A DNA stretch of 43,808 bases from positions 1 to 43,808 of the IMG/VR virus record IMGVR_UViG_3300028843_000092, one strand, 5' to 3'. Both the position numbers and the translations under genes were made by a program. The DNA comes from a virus (lineage: Duplodnaviria > Caudoviricetes). Positions 17,601 to 26,967 of this stretch are shown piece after piece. Every line of letters begins with the position of its first letter. Positions within the stretch are counted from its first letter, which is position 1. The notes below the pieces were generated by a model that did not search any database, had not been told where the DNA came from, and was given only the letters and a program-made list of their open reading frames with translations.

Positions 17601-19487
17601 TCGATGAATGCCACCGTTCGGAGCGATTACATTGAAGCTGTTGCTAACTACTCCGATGGTATGGCTCAGATAATTGGAGTCACTAAGGGAGTCTCTGACG
17701 TATTCCGTTTAGGTTTAGAAACTTCTGGCCTAGCTAAGCTAGCCTACGATAAAGGCTTCCCTGGCATAGGTCGCTTGGGAGCCACTCCTAGTCAGCTCGG
17801 GATACCTGCCGGCCTCTACAGCACCACGGTAGAGCAGCAGCTTAAGCATCGGATTATCACGGCTGAGAAGGCTGGCCTACCTACCCTATCTAGTCGAAAG
17901 GCGGCTATAGCGAATGGCAGTACTGAGGACCTAGGAGCGTCTGCTCTAGGCTCTTTCATAGATTTCTCTGGGCATGTGATTCGTATACCCGGCTCTGCCT
18001 TGATGGGAGCTGATGCTGCTTTCAAGACCATCACCTATCGTATGAAGATTAATGGTGATGCAGCTAGGCAGGCTTTCGGGGCCCCCTACCGGCCTGCTGC
18101 CCGTCGAGAGATCTACAATGCCTTGAAACAGAACCCTAGTACTGATGCGGCTGTGCGAGCCGTTCAGTTTGCCGACTTGAATACCTTTACGAACATGCTA
18201 GGCGATACTGCTAGTAAGTTCCACCAAGGCATCATCAGCACTCCTCTCAGGTTTCTGTTACCGTTCTTTCGTACTACGACTAACATCCTGAAGATGGGAG
18301 TCAGAAACTCGGTAGTAGGCAATGTCTTTAACGACTTGAAACCGCTGATGAGCCCGAAGTCAACAGGACCTGAGCGAGACGAGGCTATGGCTAAGATAGC
18401 CATGGGAACCCTCATCCCTGCTGCCGTGGTCTCCAGTCTAAGTGATAACATCACTGGTGGTTTTGACATGACTACCCCTGAGGGGAGGTTCAGAGCCAAG
18501 CGGCAACCCCCTTATTCTATACGAATTCCAGGTACTAATGAGATAGTCAGCTATGCCAAACTAGAGCCACTTCGTATGGTGCTAGGTATGATGGTGAACT
18601 ATAGAGATGCTATCCAGAGTATGGAGACAGTCAACCCTAAGACTGGCCAGCCTACTGAGGCCTTTCAGCAGCTCGCTACAGTTACGATAGCTCCCTTTAC
18701 TCGTGTCTTGCAAGATGCCTACATATTAGGCACTATCGGAGAGCTGATGTCGACTCTGGAAGCTATCACTGTCGGCAATCCTGAGCAAGCCAAGAAGAAG
18801 GTTTATAGCCTTATGACCTCACTATCTATTAATTCATTCGCTCGACAAGATGCCTGGCAGAATGACCCGGTCGTTCGGAGAGCTGACGGCTACATCGACT
18901 CAGTAAAATCAAGCCTCCGAGGGTGGTCTAAGGACCTTCCCGCATACAAGACTTTCTGGGGCGATGACCAGATTAGGCCAGCAGGTTTAGGGCCTGACAT
19001 GATATCCCCATTTGCTTCGTTAACCTACGAGGAAGATGCTCTGTCTGACTTGATGATTAAGCTTGAGGTGTCCACTCCGATGGCCCCTAAAGAGTTCGAG
19101 TATAAAAATGCGGTGGTTCCTCTTACCACTCAGCAACAAGCTGACTATGAAGTTCTTCGCGGTAAGGGCATTGAAGATGCTCCATCTATGCGAGAGGTTC
19201 TGACTGAGATTATCAGTGACCCTGAGTTCAAAGCAGCTGACCCTATCACTCAGAGGTCAGTCCTATCCTTGCAGATTGAGAGGATGAGCACGAACACTCG
19301 CAATTACATGATGGGGGCTTACCCGGATCTTCAAGCTAAGTATCAGGACTACCTCGAACAGCAACTGATCTACCAGCAACACGCACGGGGTGAGAAAGGT
19401 GTACCCACTTTCGTGCCTCGTACAACAAGGGAGCCTCATATTTCTGAGCTCCCCCGTGGTTTCCCCACTACAGGACCTAAGCGATGA
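14634..19487 (+). CDS. Large internal virion/ejection protein with ART-PolyVal-like inserts
   Basis: 1617 aa; PFFRT..N and SY..LEP C-terminal motifs; VDADG.PL..WHG...FFS...A.SY...GYD motif. Confidence 0.75.
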   Translation: MSNTLIPTRPIDNYRSELELREDRAIDADYERSAAALAEEEGPAAPVKLAADFPPAQPTADWPIDVPRQPDLPPNDFIASLPIDVPRPEGVIEAPPVPREAPAPSWYDDFVPTAEGALGFLMKATGPLAAPLEGVLGGFAHRPEEGTPIGQAVAEKFGAAIDTGKRRLFNLPPEGGGQPRDVALEAVQNLLPNAHPRFQEHLSKVLGVSDIAVGAGLASVVGKGIESGTRGAAGPIEAGLHEIFGVGLARPVGAVDNAVRAPAPKVPTDEELGVVKAADFVEDGTETFVQNIPPGAGGPTPGRAVDGSPISATNAYVFASASNPNRAIGVPSVQAKVEIRGPAYAGESRSTGANVVYSPQAYPSYAELQAAFEANHLESGAGRAEGLVIVKRGEDPTAADPVDAFAAAREGVPLSELDVYSAKDIKALTNADVDYLRDAGYDGFYLGNHEGTQGAVVFDKAQIKPVQYSGKAKLLEDPEIAAKLEGTQAVDADGIPLMLWHGRQRPIERISTASERGETSSSARYDAAFFSTTPQFANSYTGFRETVGGSLTPVFAKVNKFLDTANDPQSLEDWKEAFMEVNQSRPSPAHIAMAKGSDNWTAVDELGQAGVDYLTAQMGYDAHKMYEDGAEQWALLSPRTQVVPALSKGEELPVPGPLPAALNTSPAWQKAVEELSSADVITIARLAEKGDAEAMQKLDEILESANVKPAIDEKLQAEADAIMSSVDETLGDPLKPSFNVGQLPPSEILDGRADLDQKYTVNINLSKQNSPEDVQTLFVNVSEFFRKELEASRGGSTDAAVNTAAETEKLSDLLHVPVSNLLPHQAKALRIILLSSAENLRGLVLKANAGSKLDKIAAQKAFVVHTMLNEKAVQGAAHAGQLLRSYSLTATANVERMSELKRLYGQIPDGELDPQLYEMFMMAPDAATLARTMATGSKTGLAKMGEFNFQNVAFEIFANNILAAPITHSVNIASNLAVMTMSPTAAFLRSMNATVRSDYIEAVANYSDGMAQIIGVTKGVSDVFRLGLETSGLAKLAYDKGFPGIGRLGATPSQLGIPAGLYSTTVEQQLKHRIITAEKAGLPTLSSRKAAIANGSTEDLGASALGSFIDFSGHVIRIPGSALMGADAAFKTITYRMKINGDAARQAFGAPYRPAARREIYNALKQNPSTDAAVRAVQFADLNTFTNMLGDTASKFHQGIISTPLRFLLPFFRTTTNILKMGVRNSVVGNVFNDLKPLMSPKSTGPERDEAMAKIAMGTLIPAAVVSSLSDNITGGFDMTTPEGRFRAKRQPPYSIRIPGTNEIVSYAKLEPLRMVLGMMVNYRDAIQSMETVNPKTGQPTEAFQQLATVTIAPFTRVLQDAYILGTIGELMSTLEAITVGNPEQAKKKVYSLMTSLSINSFARQDAWQNDPVVRRADGYIDSVKSSLRGWSKDLPAYKTFWGDDQIRPAGLGPDMISPFASLTYEEDALSDLMIKLEVSTPMAPKEFEYKNAVVPLTTQQQADYEVLRGKGIEDAPSMREVLTEIISDPEFKAADPITQRSVLSLQIERMSTNTRNYMMGAYPDLQAKYQDYLEQQLIYQQHARGEKGVPTFVPRTTREPHISELPRGFPTTGPKR

Positions 19488-20884
19488 CAGTTCAAGACAC
19501 TACCCCCTTTGACTCCTATGAGTACATGGTCCCGTCTGTCTTTCCTTTTAATTTCAAGATACAAAAAGACGAGGACCTGACAGTCACGCATATTGATGGC
19601 GGCTCTAATGCCGAGACTCTTCTGACCCTTGGCATTGACTATACGGTCACTATCAACGACGATACAGATGGAGGCTCGGCTGAAGTCAGCTACGTTGGCA
19701 CTGTCGGCACCCTCAATCTGGCGAGATCTATTCTAGCTAATCAGCTAGTGGACTGGGTAAATAACACCCCCTTCGACATGGAGATCCTAGAGAATGCTGT
19801 CGATAAGCTCACAATGATGGTGCAACAGCTCTCTTGGCACATCTCGACAGAGCTCGGTATTCCACTAACCGAGGTCGGTGATTTACTCGCTTATAACGGG
19901 CTTTCTCTCGACAGGCTCCCTGTAGGTGTCCTAGACCAAGTGCTGACTGCTGACCCAACTTCGCCTCTAGGGCTAGCATGGAAAGCAGCATCTGGTGATG
20001 GTGGCCTCATACCCACAACTACAAAAGGCGATTTGTCCGGCTATAGCACCCTACCAACCAGGGTCCCAGTCGCTGGCGACGGTCTCGTGCTCTCGGGGGA
20101 CTCCTCATCACCTACTGGCGTGAGTTACCAGAAGCTGACGGACCTGCCTTGGGACCCCGACAACCCAGGCACGGGCCCAGGCACGGGCCCAGCTTCGCCT
20201 TTAACCACCAAGGGAGACATTCTTACGCGGGATTCAGCAGAAGAAGTTAGACTCCCGGTTGGATCTGACGACTTTGTGCTGGTTCCAGAAGCGGCTAATC
20301 CTAATGGCATCATATACAAAAAGCTAAAGGACATCCTTCTCGACCCTGATGATCCCGCCGCGGGCTACCCAGGAAGCGGGCTTCCTTTAGGCATAGCCCA
20401 GCCTGATGAACCACCATTAGCGGCCAACCAGCTTATTGCCTACAGTGACACCAGCGGCACGCAGGCAGCCAACCCAGCCGCAGAGACAAATTTCCCTGGT
20501 GTGGCTACCACTATCGGCGATATGCGGATCTATACGGATGCGACCGGTACAGTGCATTTTGAATCCATCGGCGTCGGCCCTGCCAGCATCGTCGTGCATG
20601 GAGCGGGCGGGAGCATTACGTTGGAATCAGGCGCAACGGAAAACACGATCACAGCAACCGGCTTGCCGCTGGCGTTGGTGTCGGATACGCCATATCCATC
20701 ACCACCACTGCCATCTTTCGAGCACGCGATGCAGATGGACGGCCTGTTCTTTCCGCCCGGTAGCAAGGCGGTCAGCGGGTTGAACTTGCAAGGCAGCGAC
20801 AGCGGTAGCGCATGGCTGGTGTTCGACGGAAACAGCGCAGCCAATCCAGGCAAGGCGTTCGGCCACAGTGTGGTTGGCCCCTGA
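19484..20884 (+). CDS. Tail fibre with T7-like N-terminal anchor
   Basis: FPFNF.I....L.V, DYTV, E.A.DKLTM..QQL; three T.KGD(L/I)...R.PV repeats at about 19865-20320. Confidence 0.82.
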   Translation: MTVQDTTPFDSYEYMVPSVFPFNFKIQKDEDLTVTHIDGGSNAETLLTLGIDYTVTINDDTDGGSAEVSYVGTVGTLNLARSILANQLVDWVNNTPFDMEILENAVDKLTMMVQQLSWHISTELGIPLTEVGDLLAYNGLSLDRLPVGVLDQVLTADPTSPLGLAWKAASGDGGLIPTTTKGDLSGYSTLPTRVPVAGDGLVLSGDSSSPTGVSYQKLTDLPWDPDNPGTGPGTGPASPLTTKGDILTRDSAEEVRLPVGSDDFVLVPEAANPNGIIYKKLKDILLDPDDPAAGYPGSGLPLGIAQPDEPPLAANQLIAYSDTSGTQAANPAAETNFPGVATTIGDMRIYTDATGTVHFESIGVGPASIVVHGAGGSITLESGATENTITATGLPLALVSDTPYPSPPLPSFEHAMQMDGLFFPPGSKAVSGLNLQGSDSGSAWLVFDGNSAANPGKAFGHSVVGP

Positions 20885-21852
20885 TGGGCACTTGGTCGGG
20901 AAACTTCGAGGGCGAAGGTCAGCATATTTGGTCACCAGCCAATGGCGGCGAGTTTACGATCAGCGACGACCCGACCTATGGTTGGTCGATGAAAGTGCCT
21001 GCTCAGAGCGGCGATGCTCCGGGGTTGCTTGTAGGTGGCTCATCCGAATTGGGTGGCTCAGTAACGCGGCCACGCGACGTTGAAGGCACACCGCTGGTGA
21101 TCTCCGGCGTTGTGCTGCGAAACGGCAACCTGCAAGCACGCTTCGGCGCAGTTGATGACGCGCGGAGTCGTGGCTACGTGCTCAGTTTCGAGACCAGCGG
21201 CTCCGAGGGGCAACGCGTGGTGCTGTACTACGTGGCAGGCAGCGCCTACACGGTTATAGGCAGCGCTGCGGCGATCGGTTTGGCGTACAACCAACAGTAC
21301 GAATTCAAAGCCATAATCACCGCCTCAGGCACGCCAGAGCTACCGGCCTATGTCATTAAGCTTGACGGGTCAGAGGTGGCAAGCGGGACATCGCCAACCA
21401 GCATACCTGATGCCGATCTACTGATGACAGGCTTCATTTGTAGCGGCGACCCGAACGGGGCATTCCTCGCTGTGTTCGACTACCTGTTTTTGTCTGGCGA
21501 CCTGTCGGACACGGGCGCGCCGCCGGATAATGGCGGCGACGCAAGCATAGCAGCGTGCATGGGCGGCGCAAGCATAGCAGCGCGCGCGGCACTTGAGGAG
21601 GCGCAGATTGCTGCGGTCAGCTTGCCGCTGAATGTGGTTGTGCCGTTCACCGGTGCCGTGTCGCTGAACGGTCTAAAGTTGCCGAGGGGTTTGCCGGTGT
21701 CAGGTGCCAGCCTCGGCGGATCACAGGCTGAAGCGGCGCAACTGGTGTGGACGTTGACCGGTGCGTCTGGGGGTAGTACGACTGTTAGGGGTTTTGAAGG
21801 TATTGAATTTATCCCGGAAGTGAACACGGGCTTTCCGGTAACAGGAAAATGA
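20884..21852 (+). CDS. Tail fibre-associated beta-rich protein
   Basis: Start moved to ATG 20884 (TGATG coupling); Gly/Ser-rich; lies in the fibre cluster. Confidence 0.55.
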   Translation: MGTWSGNFEGEGQHIWSPANGGEFTISDDPTYGWSMKVPAQSGDAPGLLVGGSSELGGSVTRPRDVEGTPLVISGVVLRNGNLQARFGAVDDARSRGYVLSFETSGSEGQRVVLYYVAGSAYTVIGSAAAIGLAYNQQYEFKAIITASGTPELPAYVIKLDGSEVASGTSPTSIPDADLLMTGFICSGDPNGAFLAVFDYLFLSGDLSDTGAPPDNGGDASIAACMGGASIAARAALEEAQIAAVSLPLNVVVPFTGAVSLNGLKLPRGLPVSGASLGGSQAEAAQLVWTLTGASGGSTTVRGFEGIEFIPEVNTGFPVTGK

Positions 21853-21853
21853 T

Positions 21854-23731
21854 ATGACAACAGTAATTGGCGCAACCACCGCGCTGTATAACCGCTACGC
21901 GATAGCTGGGGTGTCCGACACCGCCGATCTCTATTCCGAGGCCAAGCGGCTTGGGATGGTTCTTGGCGGATCTTCTGTCACGGTTGACGGGGCGCTAATC
22001 CCGACCACGCGCGGCACCAACGACGCCACTGACCGCGTATTATCCGGCACGTGGACGCAGATAGCAGCAGGCACGTTGCCCGCTGATGTCTCGGACGGTG
22101 CTTTGTGGATTATGGGTGTGGCTGAGGCGCTCGGGTCGGGTGGGCTCGAATACGGCATCAGCGTTGATGCTGGCACTGACCCTGTAACCCGATTCCAGAC
22201 AACGGCTATCCCTGCTGACTACGCCGCACAGGCGGCGTTCGGCGGGTATCACCCAGACCCTATCCCGGCTGGTACTGACACCATCTACCTGTGGGCCAGG
22301 ATTTCATCCGGTGCGATCACGCTGCAAGGCGCGGCGGTTGACCCTACCCGGTGGGCGTTCGGCGTTCAGGCACCTGATAGCCAACTGCACAGCCACCTAT
22401 CCACGGCTGGCAAGCAGGTGCGGGTTATCGATGGTGCTGGCAACTTGGTCGGTGCGATGCAGCACACCAGCGCGCCCGGTGTTGCACTGTTCCATTCGCC
22501 AGACGGCACCTATAGCCCGGCGAGCGGTGGTTTTTCGGCGGACGCGGCCACGGCTGAGGTACACGGGACCACGTTCACCATCCCCTCCCTGGCAGGCACT
22601 GAGACGCGCGGGCTACACATCACGGATAAGGGCGATGTGTTTGCCGTAGACCTTCCGGAACCTGGGTGGTCGCTCAGTGACTCGGACACCCTGATTGACA
22701 CGCCGCTATCCGCTGCTTGGGCAGATATCGGCCTGCTGGTGACGACCACGGCGAGCGAGCCAGCGGTCGAAGGCGACTCGATTTATTTTCAGGTTATCGC
22801 GCAAGCCTCGAACCTGCTCGGCAACATAACCGCGAGCATAGCGGTTGGCATCGGTGTAGATGGTGCAGACCCAACAGGGGCGGGCGTCCCTTGGACCATT
22901 CCAAAAGGGGCAATCGCGACCCCGATATCAAGCGTAACGCTACAGGCACCGGTTGGCGGTTATCCGACGGGCACCGTGTTTCGAGCCTACGCGCAGAAGG
23001 TCGGCAACGCTGGCACGCCGATTGTTGATGCAACGCTCGGTGCTGGCAACAGCCTGTTGGTCCAGAAGCAGACCGGTGGAGGTGCGGCGTCCAATGTGGA
23101 TACTACCTGCCTTACTGGCATGCAAGGGTCTGTGTCTGCCAACTTTTACCATAGCGGGACGGGCGAGGTGTCTTTGCCAAGCGGGCAGATATTGAAGTTT
23201 AATACCAGCCTGGATGTGTTCGGGTCTGGTACTGCTCCTGAAATGCTGTATGCGTATGCGTACGACAACAACGGTACGCCTGCTATCGAGGTCAACAATA
23301 CGCCACCGGAACTGTATTTTGGTTCGGCGCGGCAGAAAACCGGCGACCCGTCACGCAGATTATTGGATGCACTACCGCTGAATGGCAGCGGCAACATGAT
23401 GGATATTAGGAGGGATGGAAACGCTGTTTATCTTGTCGCCAACACTGTTGACACTGCTGTACTTAGCGCAGGAACAAGCCTTACCGTAACGGCAGTGTCG
23501 TATGCTCAATACGCACCAGCATGGGCAAGCCCGAAGCTGTTTTTCTCAGGCGGCGGGTCTGGTACGATTTGTAACCTCGGACCAGCTACCGCACCGTCAT
23601 ATATCTGGACTGATGGCGCGCAAGTATCAGCAACAATTCCATCAGACGGGTCCGGTGAGTTTGTCTATCACCTTAGTCAGGCCGGTATAGGGCTATCTGT
23701 TTACGTTAAAGGATTCGAGTCAGCACGATGA
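21854..23731 (+). CDS. Putative receptor-binding/tail protein
   Basis: 625 aa, Gly/Ala/Thr-rich; position. Confidence 0.55.
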   Translation: MTTVIGATTALYNRYAIAGVSDTADLYSEAKRLGMVLGGSSVTVDGALIPTTRGTNDATDRVLSGTWTQIAAGTLPADVSDGALWIMGVAEALGSGGLEYGISVDAGTDPVTRFQTTAIPADYAAQAAFGGYHPDPIPAGTDTIYLWARISSGAITLQGAAVDPTRWAFGVQAPDSQLHSHLSTAGKQVRVIDGAGNLVGAMQHTSAPGVALFHSPDGTYSPASGGFSADAATAEVHGTTFTIPSLAGTETRGLHITDKGDVFAVDLPEPGWSLSDSDTLIDTPLSAAWADIGLLVTTTASEPAVEGDSIYFQVIAQASNLLGNITASIAVGIGVDGADPTGAGVPWTIPKGAIATPISSVTLQAPVGGYPTGTVFRAYAQKVGNAGTPIVDATLGAGNSLLVQKQTGGGAASNVDTTCLTGMQGSVSANFYHSGTGEVSLPSGQILKFNTSLDVFGSGTAPEMLYAYAYDNNGTPAIEVNNTPPELYFGSARQKTGDPSRRLLDALPLNGSGNMMDIRRDGNAVYLVANTVDTAVLSAGTSLTVTAVSYAQYAPAWASPKLFFSGGGSGTICNLGPATAPSYIWTDGAQVSATIPSDGSGEFVYHLSQAGIGLSVYVKGFESAR

Positions 23732-24669
23732 AATACGCAATAATTGAATCAATGCCGCCATCGTACCGCGGTGTTTACGACGGCGCTGCGCTGGCCGATG
23801 ATGAATACGTGGAGGATGCCGGCATCACCGATCAATGGGTCTGGGACAGCGACAGCGGCGCTCACCGGGCACCAACGGCAGATGACGAAGTGCGCCGCCT
23901 TCGGCAAGACAAATCAGACCAAATCACAGCCCAAGTCCCGGTCAACATGCCTCGCGATCCAGAGCTTGCCGCAGCGGCGCAGGATTCTGCTGATCAAGCT
24001 GAAACAGCGCTGCAAGCGCTGCGGGATACGGCGGACATAGATTTACCGGCGTTCGACACCGACCTCGCGGCGTATCTGCCATCGTCGTTTGCTATCAGCC
24101 GCAAGTTGCAGGAGCAGGCGGCGAAGGTAATCTCTGAAGATGCCACAAAGGTCGTGAGTGGGAGCAGTACTGCTCTGGCACCTCAAGGCCGGAACGACCT
24201 GGAGGTGTGGGCAAAATCCGTCAATGAAGGCGGTACAGACGCACCACCAACGGCAGTACGTCAGCGGGTTCGCGTGCCGCTTGAGGCGCACGGTCGGGTA
24301 AACATTGAGCGGGCGGAATTCCCAGGCGATGCTTCCGGCACGCATGGATTCCGCTATACTATGATTTATGACGACCCGGCCTTGGCTGGTGTTATATCTT
24401 TGCGGGTATACAATGATGCTGGATCGTGGCTTGGGTACAGCATAAATTTCTCTGAGACCGACGACCCGACCGTCTACACGGATGTTACACCGCCAGGGTT
24501 TTATACTCAGGTGGCAGTTGAACGGCAACATGAAGAATTTGCCGGAGCCGCTGCTATCAGCGGACTGTTCCCGATACTGGCGAGTCAAAACAGCCAGTCA
24601 GAAGACATCCGGTGGGCAGGCGAGCATATTGGATCAGGCAGCGCGCGGACACTACGGCGAAGGCGTTAA
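23728..24669 (+). CDS. Putative tail fibre assembly/accessory protein
   Basis: W.WD...R...K...I N-terminal pattern reminiscent of fibre chaperones; ATGA overlap. Confidence 0.45.
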   Translation: MKYAIIESMPPSYRGVYDGAALADDEYVEDAGITDQWVWDSDSGAHRAPTADDEVRRLRQDKSDQITAQVPVNMPRDPELAAAAQDSADQAETALQALRDTADIDLPAFDTDLAAYLPSSFAISRKLQEQAAKVISEDATKVVSGSSTALAPQGRNDLEVWAKSVNEGGTDAPPTAVRQRVRVPLEAHGRVNIERAEFPGDASGTHGFRYTMIYDDPALAGVISLRVYNDAGSWLGYSINFSETDDPTVYTDVTPPGFYTQVAVERQHEEFAGAAAISGLFPILASQNSQSEDIRWAGEHIGSGSARTLRRRR

Positions 24670-24778
24670 ATCAATTCACAGGCAGTACCGCCCTTTGGCC
24701 CTGAAAAGGTGCTGCCTCGCTACCGTACCCGAGAGGGGCAGGGCCACCAAACACGCTTAAATAGCGAGGAAATATAGT

Positions 24779-25372
24779 ATGGATAATCTGCACCAAGTAA
24801 ACATCAAAAAAGCGATATCTGAGTATGCTGCCGTCCTTGGTGCGCGGATAAGCTATGCATCAGGCGATCAGAAGGCTGTTTTCAGCAGCCTCGTCACACT
24901 CTTTCTTGTGGTTATTTTGGCACCGTTTCTGTCTGGTTGTACGACTGCTGAAAAGCCGGATCCGGTGGCCTCGGCTGCGTCTGAGGCGGCGCGGCGAGAT
25001 CTGGCTGTTGCTAAATACCAATGGATGGCATCGGTAAAAGACCCGGCGGCACAGGTGGGCATTGCGGCCATTGATGCTCTAGCAGATGACAAGCAGTGGG
25101 CGACGGATTACGGCAGGTACGTTGATTCTGTGATTGCGCAAAACAGAGCGCAAGGCAAAGTCGCCGGGTCTTTGACCGCTGGGCTGTCGAAGTTTTCCGA
25201 GTGGTTTGGAATAGCCAAAATTGTAGATTCCGCTGGTGTCACCAGCATCGAGAACACGACCAACGGCGACAACAACGATACCGCTGGCCGCAACCAGATT
25301 GCCGACCGCAGCAGGCCGGTTGATTTCGGGCTGAATAACGCTGTCGGAACGCCGGTGGAGGTGTTGAAATGA
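24779..25372 (+). CDS. Predicted lipoprotein in the lysis cassette
   Basis: Hydrophobic stretch followed by lipobox LSG|C; GAGGA RBS. Confidence 0.65.
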   Translation: MDNLHQVNIKKAISEYAAVLGARISYASGDQKAVFSSLVTLFLVVILAPFLSGCTTAEKPDPVASAASEAARRDLAVAKYQWMASVKDPAAQVGIAAIDALADDKQWATDYGRYVDSVIAQNRAQGKVAGSLTAGLSKFSEWFGIAKIVDSAGVTSIENTTNGDNNDTAGRNQIADRSRPVDFGLNNAVGTPVEVLK

Positions 25373-25950
25373 TTGACGAAACAACGCTGTTGATATGTGG
25401 GGTGAGTAAAGACCTGTCGAACTATTGGGGTCCGCGCTTTTCGGTTAAGCTACCAGAGCACGGGATCGAGGGTATCACCAGGGAGGCCGCTTTCCTTGGA
25501 CAGGTTTTGCATGAGTCTGCGCTGTTGCGCAGAACGCGGGAGAACTTGAACTATTCAGAAAAAGGATTGCTTGCCACGTTTGGCAAGTACTTCACCAAGG
25601 CGCAAGCAAAAGACTATGCGCGCAACCCGGAACGCATCGCGAACCGGGTTTATGCGAACCGCATGGGCAACGGCGACGAGGCCAGTGGTGACGGGTGGCA
25701 TTACCGGGGAGAGGGGTTCATCCAGTTGACCGGGCGCGACAACCAGGAAACATATAGGATGTGGGCCGGTGACCCTGGGCCTATCAATCCGCTTCTGTCG
25801 GCTATCTGGTTTTGGCTCGACAACGGGCTGAATGAGTATGCAGACCGTGGCGATATGCGGGGGATGACGAAGCGCATCAATGGTGGTTTCAACGGGTTCG
25901 ATGACCGGCTGGGCCTAACGAGAAAGGCTAATCGCGCGCTTGTGGCTTAA
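25369..25950 (+). CDS. Endolysin, glycoside hydrolase family 19
   Basis: AAFLGQ..HES, ENLNYS, RMGNG...GDGW.YRG.G.IQLTG.DN, INGG.NG..DR. Confidence 0.95.
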   Translation: MIDETTLLICGVSKDLSNYWGPRFSVKLPEHGIEGITREAAFLGQVLHESALLRRTRENLNYSEKGLLATFGKYFTKAQAKDYARNPERIANRVYANRMGNGDEASGDGWHYRGEGFIQLTGRDNQETYRMWAGDPGPINPLLSAIWFWLDNGLNEYADRGDMRGMTKRINGGFNGFDDRLGLTRKANRALVA

Positions 25951-25969
25951 TCGTATCAGCGAGGCAAAC

Positions 25970-26497
25970 ATGGATCAGGAAATTATTATAAACAGCATCA
26001 ACGGGCTGCTGACTGCGGTTGACAATCAGCGCGGCGAGTTTGAGCGAGCCATCAAGCGGACCGAAACAGCGATACTTGACCGCATAGGTGCGAAAATAAT
26101 GATGTGCGGCGAGGATATAGGGCGGCTGAAGGAGCGGACTAAAACCTTGGAGGGCGATGTCAAGGCGATTGCTGACAAGCTACGCGACGTTGACGGGACC
26201 GCCAAAGACAACAACCGAAAATTGCTGTTGGCCGGGAGTGTCATCGGGGCGGTTCTCGCCACCGGTGGAACCCTATCTATCGGCGATTTCATCGGCAACC
26301 GTGCCGCTTCTGCTGGGTATGAGGAACGGGCATCAGCAATCGTTGACGCCGCTGCGAGGTGCAATAGGGATGCTGATATGGAAGAGCGCGACGGCAAGCG
26401 GCTGGTGAAGGTGCAGTGCGTGAACCGGCACTTGGCCGGGCCGCACGCATCGCGGTTCGAGATACTGGTTGCTACGGAGTGGGCCGACAGTCAGTAG
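25970..26497 (+). CDS. Coiled-coil plus single-TM protein (lysis-associated?)
   Basis: Heptad region followed by LLLAGSVIGAVLATGG; GAGG RBS before ATG 25970. Confidence 0.55.
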   Translation: MDQEIIINSINGLLTAVDNQRGEFERAIKRTETAILDRIGAKIMMCGEDIGRLKERTKTLEGDVKAIADKLRDVDGTAKDNNRKLLLAGSVIGAVLATGGTLSIGDFIGNRAASAGYEERASAIVDAAARCNRDADMEERDGKRLVKVQCVNRHLAGPHASRFEILVATEWADSQ

Positions 26498-26861
26498 CCG
26501 TACCTCCAAGCAGATCAATAATCTCTTTCGCCGTCTTATCGTCAATATTAACTAATGTTTCTGTATCACTGAACCAGTGATCAGACGAGTGTTCAATATA
26601 TTCAAGATAAAGATCCGGCGGCGTGTCGTGAGCATATACTACACGCACAATCCGGCATGACGGGCTAAGTTCAATTCTGCTTTCCGTCACTCCCCCCACC
26701 TCCAATTTGCCGCCACAGTATGGGCATGACGCATAGTAATCGTGACCGTCAGCGAACGTGTGTATTTGATCGCACTCAGTTAGCCAATAGTGCTCGTCAT
26801 TCCCTGGCGCTACGTTCCACACACAAACTCGCCCCAACTCATCCGCCGCAAACTCGATCAC
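26472..26861 (-). CDS. Hypothetical protein with CPYCG zinc ribbon; possibly fused or degraded
   Basis: ORF track; internal GGAGG..GTG at about 26690 suggests two original genes. Confidence 0.5.
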   Translation of the reverse strand: MIEFAADELGRVCVWNVAPGNDEHYWLTECDQIHTFADGHDYYASCPYCGGKLEVGGVTESRIELSPSCRIVRVVYAHDTPPDLYLEYIEHSSDHWFSDTETLVNIDDKTAKEIIDLLGGTATDCRPTP

Positions 26862-26967
26862 CTAGCCAAGCTTTGTCGCCGCTGCCTGGTCATCCAGCCA
26901 CCCGTTCTCAGCCCCCCTCGCCGCCGCTCGTTATGCCGCCTTAGCGCTGCCGCCGCCTGCTGTCGGT

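Noticed and set aside
19484-24778. BPP-1-style diversity-generating retroelement
   Set aside because: No reverse transcriptase and no TR/VR pair seen; only a 15-bp duplication at 21541-21582.
26862-26864. Genome-wide TAG recoding
   Set aside because: Long genes are intact in the standard code and several genes end in TAG; this is a single local case.
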